Below, piece by piece: positions 58,620 to 64,000 of a DNA stretch of 64,000 bases (position 1 is its first letter; each line of letters opens with the position of its first letter). Under the pieces are notes generated by a model. The model had not been told where the DNA came from, made no database searches, and saw only the letters and a list, made by a program, of their open reading frames with translations. This DNA comes from an uncultured Planctomycetia bacterium. Lineage in GTDB: Bacteria; Omnitrophota; Gorgyraeia; Tantalellales; Tantalellaceae. The position numbers were made by a program, and so were the translations under genes. The stretch lies in NCBI GenBank assembly GCA_964409365.1, contig CAYPCX010000007.1, forward strand, positions 18,655 to 82,654, read 5' to 3'.

Positions 58620-61600
58620 ATGGGCTCGTATACAAGATCAAATAGTTTCATGAAGATCATCTCGGTCGCGGTGGCCGTGATATTTTTGTGGAACCAGATC
58701 GTATGGGCGGGGGAGCCTGCTAATATCCCTTTGGATGCTCCTGTTGAAGAACAAATCCCCGGGACCCCTCCTGAAGATTTCCAGCAAGAACAGGAACAAG
58801 CACAATCTCTTGTAAACCAATTAAATGAGATAGAAGATTTTATCGACACGCAAAATTCATATGATCCTCTGGGAGAAAGCACTGATGAGGAGATATTTAC
58901 CTACTATAGTGGAAGCGGTCGCGTGCATACTAAAACCACATTCGACGGGACCATATACGAATACAGCGATGAAGACTGGGAGAGAGTCGGCGGCAACGAT
59001 GGCGAGATATACGGCGCCAGTTGGGTAGATGACGACGGAAGATCAGTGTTGAATTTTGACGGGGTAGACGATTATGTTGATTGTGGCAATGATGAGAGCC
59101 TGGATATTACAGGTGAGCTGACGTTGGAGGCGTGGGTAAAGACGACCGACACAAACGGGGTATATGTCATATCCAAGCGGGATCAGACGGGTCTGCAATA
59201 TGTCCTATACGTCTATGACGGCATTATGAACCTTGTTTATCATGGTGGAATGCTGGCCTTGAGCGCCACTTCGGTCACTGATGGTCTTTGGCATCATCTT
59301 GTGATAACTGTGGATGGTACTACGGCTAAGGGTTTTGTGGATGGGGATCTGGAGATCACCGGCACGATGAACAACTGTCTGCGAAGTTTCCCGTCCGTTC
59401 CGCTATACCTGGGGGTGCACAAGAGGACGGATACCATACTGAAATCTCTTTTTGAAGGCGAGATGAAAGAGGTGGGAATATATAACAAAACTTTGACGGC
59501 TGAAGAAATATCCGGCAGGCATGAGGGGAACGATGTTCTTAGTGGCCTTGTCGCGGCTTGGAACCTTGATGAAGGTGCAGGCGCGATGGCCGGGGATATG
59601 ATGAGCAAGCGTTACGGAAAGTTGATGAACAAAACACTTGCTGAAGCGAATGCCGACGGCGAGATCGCGTTTGTATATGAATATTTCCAAGGCACTAATG
59701 ACGTTAGATTCATGTATTCATATTCAGATACGGCTAGGACACAACGTGTTGCGTTGTATGAGTATGATACAAATGGCGAACTTTTGTATCGCGCATCAGA
59801 AGGCCAGCCGGGATATACATATTATCCAAGCGGCCGCGTGCATACGGAAGTCTTTCTGGACGGAACCATATTTGAATATATCGACGAGGATTGGGAAGAA
59901 CAGGAACACGGGAGAGTTATCAAGAAGACCTTTCCGAACGGGTTTTATACAACATATAACAGTTATTATCCTGGTACTGACCGGGCGAAATATGAAAACG
60001 ACTATTGTCCGGGAGGGTTTTTTAGCCGGATCGAGACCCGGGAATATGATATCAATGGATTTTTGATTAAGAAAACTGATTTTATTGGAAAGGTTTATAC
60101 TTATTATGTCCCCAGTGGTTTTTTGCGTAACGAGTATTTTGCCGGAGTTTACAAGGAGTATCTGGATGAGAATTGGAATAATACCGGTCGGGGCAGATTG
60201 ATCAAAACAACATGTCCAGACTCAAGTTATTACTTATATGAAGATTATTTTGAGGGCACTAATCAGGCCAGGTATATAAAATCTTATGGTATGTATCGTG
60301 AGTATGTTACTACTCCTTCCGGTACTTATTTTCATTATGTGTTCGGACACAGATGGACATGTGAATATGACGCCGAAAGCCACCTTGTGAAGAGAATGGA
60401 TTATTCCACTGGAACGATTTATGAATACTATGTGCCCAGCGGCCGGGTTTATTCCAAGACCCTGTCTGATGGCACTGTAGAGGAATATATCGACGAGGAC
60501 TGGAACGATCAGGGAGTTGGAAGGTTGATTAAACGCATACGCCCTGACGGAAGTTATTTAGTATTTGAAGAATACTATGAAGGCACGGATCAGGCGAAAT
60601 ATATTAAAGAATATGATGCTAATGACAACCTTTTTTCTGTCGCCGAATATGATGAAAACGGCGAATTTTTGTATTGTGTTTCAGAAAATCAACCAGGATA
60701 CACATATTATTCCAGCGGGCGAGTAAAAACCAAGATCATGTTCGACGGGACCATATACGAATACAGCGATGAAGACTGGGAGAGAGTCGGCGGCAACGAT
60801 GGCGAGATATACGGCGCCAGTTGGGTAGATGATGATGGAAGATCAGTGTTAAATTTTGACGGGGTGGATGATTATGTTGACTGTGGCGATGATGATAGCC
60901 TGGATATTACAGGTGAGCTGACGTTGGAAGCGTGGGTAAAGACGACCGACACGAACGGGGCATATGTCATATCCAAACGGGATCAGACGGGATTGCAGTA
61001 TGTCATGTATGTCTATGGCGGCATTATGAACCTTGTTTACCATGGCGGGATGCTGGCTTTGAGCGCCACTTCGGTCACTGATGGTCTTTGGCATCACCTT
61101 GTGATAACCGTGGACGACACTACGGCTAAGGGTTATGTAGATGGGGATCTGGAGATCATCGGTACGATGAACAACTGTCTGCGAAGTTTTCCGTCCGTTC
61201 CGCTGTACCTGGGGGCGTACAAGAGGACGGATACCATACTGAAATCTCTTTTTGAAGGCGAGATTAAAGATGTACGAATATATAATAAAACTTTGACGGC
61301 TGAAGAGATATCCGGCAGGCATGAGGGGAACGATGTTTTTAGTGGCCTTGTCGCGGCGTGGAACCTTGATGAAGGTGCAGGCACGATGGCCGGAGATATG
61401 ATAGATGAACGTTGTTATGGACGGCTTATAAAGGAAACAAGGCCCGATGGGACTTATACGGTATTTAAGGATCATTACAGGGATAAAGAGCAGGCGAAGT
61501 ATGTGGAAGAATACGATGCCGGTGAGAACCTGCTTTCCGTGACCGAGTATGACTGGAACGGCGTAGTCGGCGATGTTTACACATATACGTATGACAGCCG

Positions 61601-64000
61601 GGACAACTGCACGTCTATCTCGCACCCTGGCGGTACATATGAATATTTCGAGTACACTTATGAGAACGAAGTGGTGAAAGAGGCCGTTTATCTCAACACC
61701 GAATATAATAACCTGATATTCGCTGAATACTACGATTACGAGAAAGGGTATGTGGTCAGCACACAGGCCGGGCAGGGCGCGTATGTCGCAGGTTCCATAG
61801 TGTATGATGAGAACGCTCTTGATGCGCCGAAAATAGTTTACGAATATTCTCTGGATGGGGATGTTTTGACCCAGACAGGACACGCGCAGCATGTCGACAG
61901 TCAGGGAAATTCTGTAAATTATTATATTATAAATAGATACGATGCCGATGACAACCTTGTAAGCACCACGGAGAAGCTGAGCCAGGAAGAGTACGATGAC
62001 CCGCAGGCGGTCGTTTTAAAGACGACCACATATACCTACGATGCCGACGGTGACGTTCTTTCGGCCATCGACGGGGAAAGCAAGGGTTACAGGTACGAGT
62101 ACGTCAAGGACGGGGAGGGGAAGATAACGGACCTCGTGACCCTCGATCTGGAATATGGCGTCGTAAAAGGGCCCGAGACATACGATAGCGAAGAACGCCT
62201 TCTTACCTACAACGAAGGCGACGGGCATTGGAATGATACCGCTCAGGCGATAGTTGTGGACTCCATTCCGCAGGTACCGAAAATACGGAACACATATACG
62301 GATATTGGCGGGGGAGCCGGCTATACCCTGGAAAGTCATGTTGTGTATGCGGACGCGGAAGGGAACGGCATAGACTATATCGAAACAACGGTCTTTGATG
62401 GTGATGAAAATGTGGTCCATTTCGAGGATAAGGAAGGGAATATAACGGATTATACTTATGATGATGAAGGCAATATGCTCACCGAAGAATATTTCCCCGC
62501 GGGTTCGACCCTGAACGAATTAATGACATGCACATATTCCCATTCATATGTGAACGATGAAAGCATTGAGGTCATAACTGAACGGTATACAGCCTATGAG
62601 GATACGGAAAGGACCGTCATCAAGGAGGAAACGGAAATAAGCCGGACTTATTACAGGAATACGTTCTATGAGGTAGAGAGATATGTAGAGGAAATATCAT
62701 ATTCCGATCCCGCCGGGGAATCCGTGTATGTGGAGAAGTTATTCGATTCCGACGGAAGGCTCATTTCGGAGACCGAAAGAACGGGGGATGCCGATCCGGA
62801 GACCACGACTTATTCTTATTATGCTGACGGCGCCCTGGAGACGATCGCCTATCCGGGCGGAAGGACGGAGACATATGCTTACACGGAAGACGTAAGAGGC
62901 CGCATGACCGGGCAGGTCCTTACCGTGAGCGATACTGATATAACCGGTGCCCCTTACACCTATACGGAGACAACGACATACGATCCCGAGACCGGGGAAG
63001 TGAGGACTTTGACCGATAGGGACGGCAATGTAACGACTTACACTTATCAAACGGACGAAAAAGGTTCGATCAGCGTAAATACGGTGGTAAATGAGGATAT
63101 CGCCGATCCCGAGAGCAGCGTGACCACCATCGATACCTATAACGAAGAGGGTAACCTGCTTACCCGCAGCGAGCAGGTCGGAAGTAATGCCCCCGAAGTG
63201 ACCACTTATACCTATTACGCGGACGGCACGGTCGGATCCGTGACTTATCCGCTCGGGGAAGGTCAAACCCAGCCGAAGACGGTCAGTTTCAGCTATGAAT
63301 ATGATGACAAGGGAAGGCTGACTCGTTATGTCCAGAACGTGACCGAACCGGACGGCACCGTGTATTCAGTGACGGAAGAATACAACGCCGACGGTGATAT
63401 CAAAAGAACGATAGACGCCGACGGCAATGTTTATATTTATTCCTACGCCAGGTCCTCGACAGGAAAACTTTTGGTTAAAACGGTCACTGAACAGGACCCC
63501 GAGGGCACTACCGTATATATAAAGGAATTCGACTCAAGGGGGAACATAGTAAAAAGCGAGGATGTGGCCAGAGGACTGGTCCATGAATACGTATATGAAT
63601 ATGCTTATGAGAACACCAGGTACGAATACATCCTGACGATCACGGAAACGGTCACCCAGAACTTTCCGAATAACCCGGGTGTCGAACCGATAGTCACTTC
63701 CACCATCAAGCATTTCGACGAGGATGGCCAGATAACGGAGCTTGCTGACGGGAATGATAATTCTACGGTTTACGTATATTATGACGGTTCTACTGCCGGT
63801 GGCAAGGACGGCGACTTGAAAGAAGTGATCGACGCAAAAGGCAATAGAACTGAATACCTGTACGAATATGCCGGTGAGGATGAGTATCTGTCCAGGAAAA
63901 CGGTTAAATACTATTCGAACGATGGCGGCGGGCTGGTCCTGCAGTATACGGTCGAGCAGGAATATGACCCCGAGGGAAGGGTCCTGGTGGATAAGGATAA
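58620..64000 (+). CDS. Giant secreted protein with two LamG-like domains and YD/RHS-like repeats (3'-truncated; not in the ORF track)
   Basis: GGGAG SD then MGSYTRSNSFMKIISVAVAVIFLWNQIVWA signal peptide. By hand translation the frame reads open to the window end (..EYDPEGRVLVDKD), at least 1793 codons. LamG motifs LNFDGVDDYV, LTLEAWVK, DGLWHHLV, IYNKTL; many YTYDxxG units. Confidence 0.9.
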   Translation, partial: MGSYTRSNSFMKIISVAVAVIFLWNQIVWAGEPANIPLDAPVEEQIPGTPPEDFQQEQEQAQSLVNQLNEIEDFIDTQNSYDPLGESTDEEIFTYYSGSGRVHTKTTFDGTIYEYSDEDWERVGGNDGEIYGASWVDDDGRSVLNFDGVDDYVDCGNDESLDITGELTLEAWVKTTDTNGVYVISKRDQTGLQYVLYVYDGIMNLVYHGGMLALSATSVTDGLWHHLVITVDGTTAKGFVDGDLEITGTMNNCLRSFPSVPLYLGVHKRTDTILKSLFEGEMKEVGIYNKTLTAEEISGRHEGNDVLSGLVAAWNLDEGAGAMAGDMMSKRYGKLMNKTLAEANADGEIAFVYEYFQGTNDVRFMYSYSDTARTQRVALYEYDTNGELLYRASEGQPGYTYYPSGRVHTEVFLDGTIFEYIDEDWEEQEHGRVIKKTFPNGFYTTYNSYYPGTDRAKYENDYCPGGFFSRIETREYDINGFLIKKTDFIGKVYTYYVPSGFLRNEYFAGVYKEYLDENWNNTGRGRLIKTTCPDSSYYLYEDYFEGTNQARYIKSYGMYREYVTTPSGTYFHYVFGHRWTCEYDAESHLVKRMDYSTGTIYEYYVPSGRVYSKTLSDGTVEEYIDEDWNDQGVGRLIKRIRPDGSYLVFEEYYEGTDQAKYIKEYDANDNLFSVAEYDENGEFLYCVSENQPGYTYYSSGRVKTKIMFDGTIYEYSDEDWERVGGNDGEIYGASWVDDDGRSVLNFDGVDDYVDCGDDDSLDITGELTLEAWVKTTDTNGAYVISKRDQTGLQYVMYVYGGIMNLVYHGGMLALSATSVTDGLWHHLVITVDDTTAKGYVDGDLEIIGTMNNCLRSFPSVPLYLGAYKRTDTILKSLFEGEIKDVRIYNKTLTAEEISGRHEGNDVFSGLVAAWNLDEGAGTMAGDMIDERCYGRLIKETRPDGTYTVFKDHYRDKEQAKYVEEYDAGENLLSVTEYDWNGVVGDVYTYTYDSRDNCTSISHPGGTYEYFEYTYENEVVKEAVYLNTEYNNLIFAEYYDYEKGYVVSTQAGQGAYVAGSIVYDENALDAPKIVYEYSLDGDVLTQTGHAQHVDSQGNSVNYYIINRYDADDNLVSTTEKLSQEEYDDPQAVVLKTTTYTYDADGDVLSAIDGESKGYRYEYVKDGEGKITDLVTLDLEYGVVKGPETYDSEERLLTYNEGDGHWNDTAQAIVVDSIPQVPKIRNTYTDIGGGAGYTLESHVVYADAEGNGIDYIETTVFDGDENVVHFEDKEGNITDYTYDDEGNMLTEEYFPAGSTLNELMTCTYSHSYVNDESIEVITERYTAYEDTERTVIKEETEISRTYYRNTFYEVERYVEEISYSDPAGESVYVEKLFDSDGRLISETERTGDADPETTTYSYYADGALETIAYPGGRTETYAYTEDVRGRMTGQVLTVSDTDITGAPYTYTETTTYDPETGEVRTLTDRDGNVTTYTYQTDEKGSISVNTVVNEDIADPESSVTTIDTYNEEGNLLTRSEQVGSNAPEVTTYTYYADGTVGSVTYPLGEGQTQPKTVSFSYEYDDKGRLTRYVQNVTEPDGTVYSVTEEYNADGDIKRTIDADGNVYIYSYARSSTGKLLVKTVTEQDPEGTTVYIKEFDSRGNIVKSEDVARGLVHEYVYEYAYENTRYEYILTITETVTQNFPNNPGVEPIVTSTIKHFDEDGQITELADGNDNSTVYVYYDGSTAGGKDGDLKEVIDAKGNRTEYLYEYAGEDEYLSRKTVKYYSNDGGGLVLQYTVEQEYDPEGRVLVDKD
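58941..61402 (+). repeat. Intragenic ~660-bp direct repeat (58941-59602 and 60741-61402, offset 1800 nt)
   Basis: Near-identical copies encoding the LamG module; differences are mostly synonymous. Confidence 0.92.

Noticed and set aside
58941-61402. Near-identical repeat pair as a possible DGR template/variable repeat
   Set aside because: Differences are mostly synonymous and include many C/T changes rather than being adenine-specific; both copies are in-frame coding; no reverse transcriptase is present in the window.
58151-63266. ORF-track ORFs in the last 6 kb (58151..58501, 58349..58645, 59638..60066, 60849..61892, 62739..63266 etc.)
   Set aside because: They overlap the riboswitch/promoters, or are antisense or off-frame to the giant + strand ORF starting at 58620.

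Overview
64 kb of a moderately GC-rich bacterial chromosome with almost all genes on the + strand. The gene order and the giant-protein signature suggest Candidatus Omnitrophota or a related lineage; this is an inference only. Layout: (1) the 3' part of queA. (2) A ~41 kb accessory block sitting between queA and tgt. It contains signalling genes, a Wzx/Wzy-type surface polysaccharide locus (WecA, ExeA-like ATPase, HD-GYP, Wza, Wzc, polymerase/ligase, flippase, ~10 glycosyltransferases, methyltransferases, a radical SAM enzyme, WbqC, PIG-L, DegT) and, at its end, a 9-gene RiPP-like cassette. The cassette encodes a Cys-cluster/RRE-like protein, two SynChlorMet-type radical SAM/SPASM enzymes, an HprK-like kinase, an ABC exporter, a PqqD/RRE, a 98-aa precursor with seven CxxG repeats, a soluble S26 peptidase and a nucleotidyltransferase. 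(3) Housekeeping genes: tgt, yajC, secDF, a CDF transporter, recJ, rpmB, recG, rsmD, coaD, pta, ackA, rpmF, plsX, fabH, fabD. (4) A promoter, a c-di-GMP-I riboswitch with an overlapping terminator, and a >1790-codon secreted LamG/YD-repeat giant protein that runs off the window and is absent from the ORF track. Many intergenic spacers are filled with in-phase degenerate 7-nt tandem arrays, and three contain long structured palindromic elements. All family assignments come from motif recognition by eye; no database searches were run.
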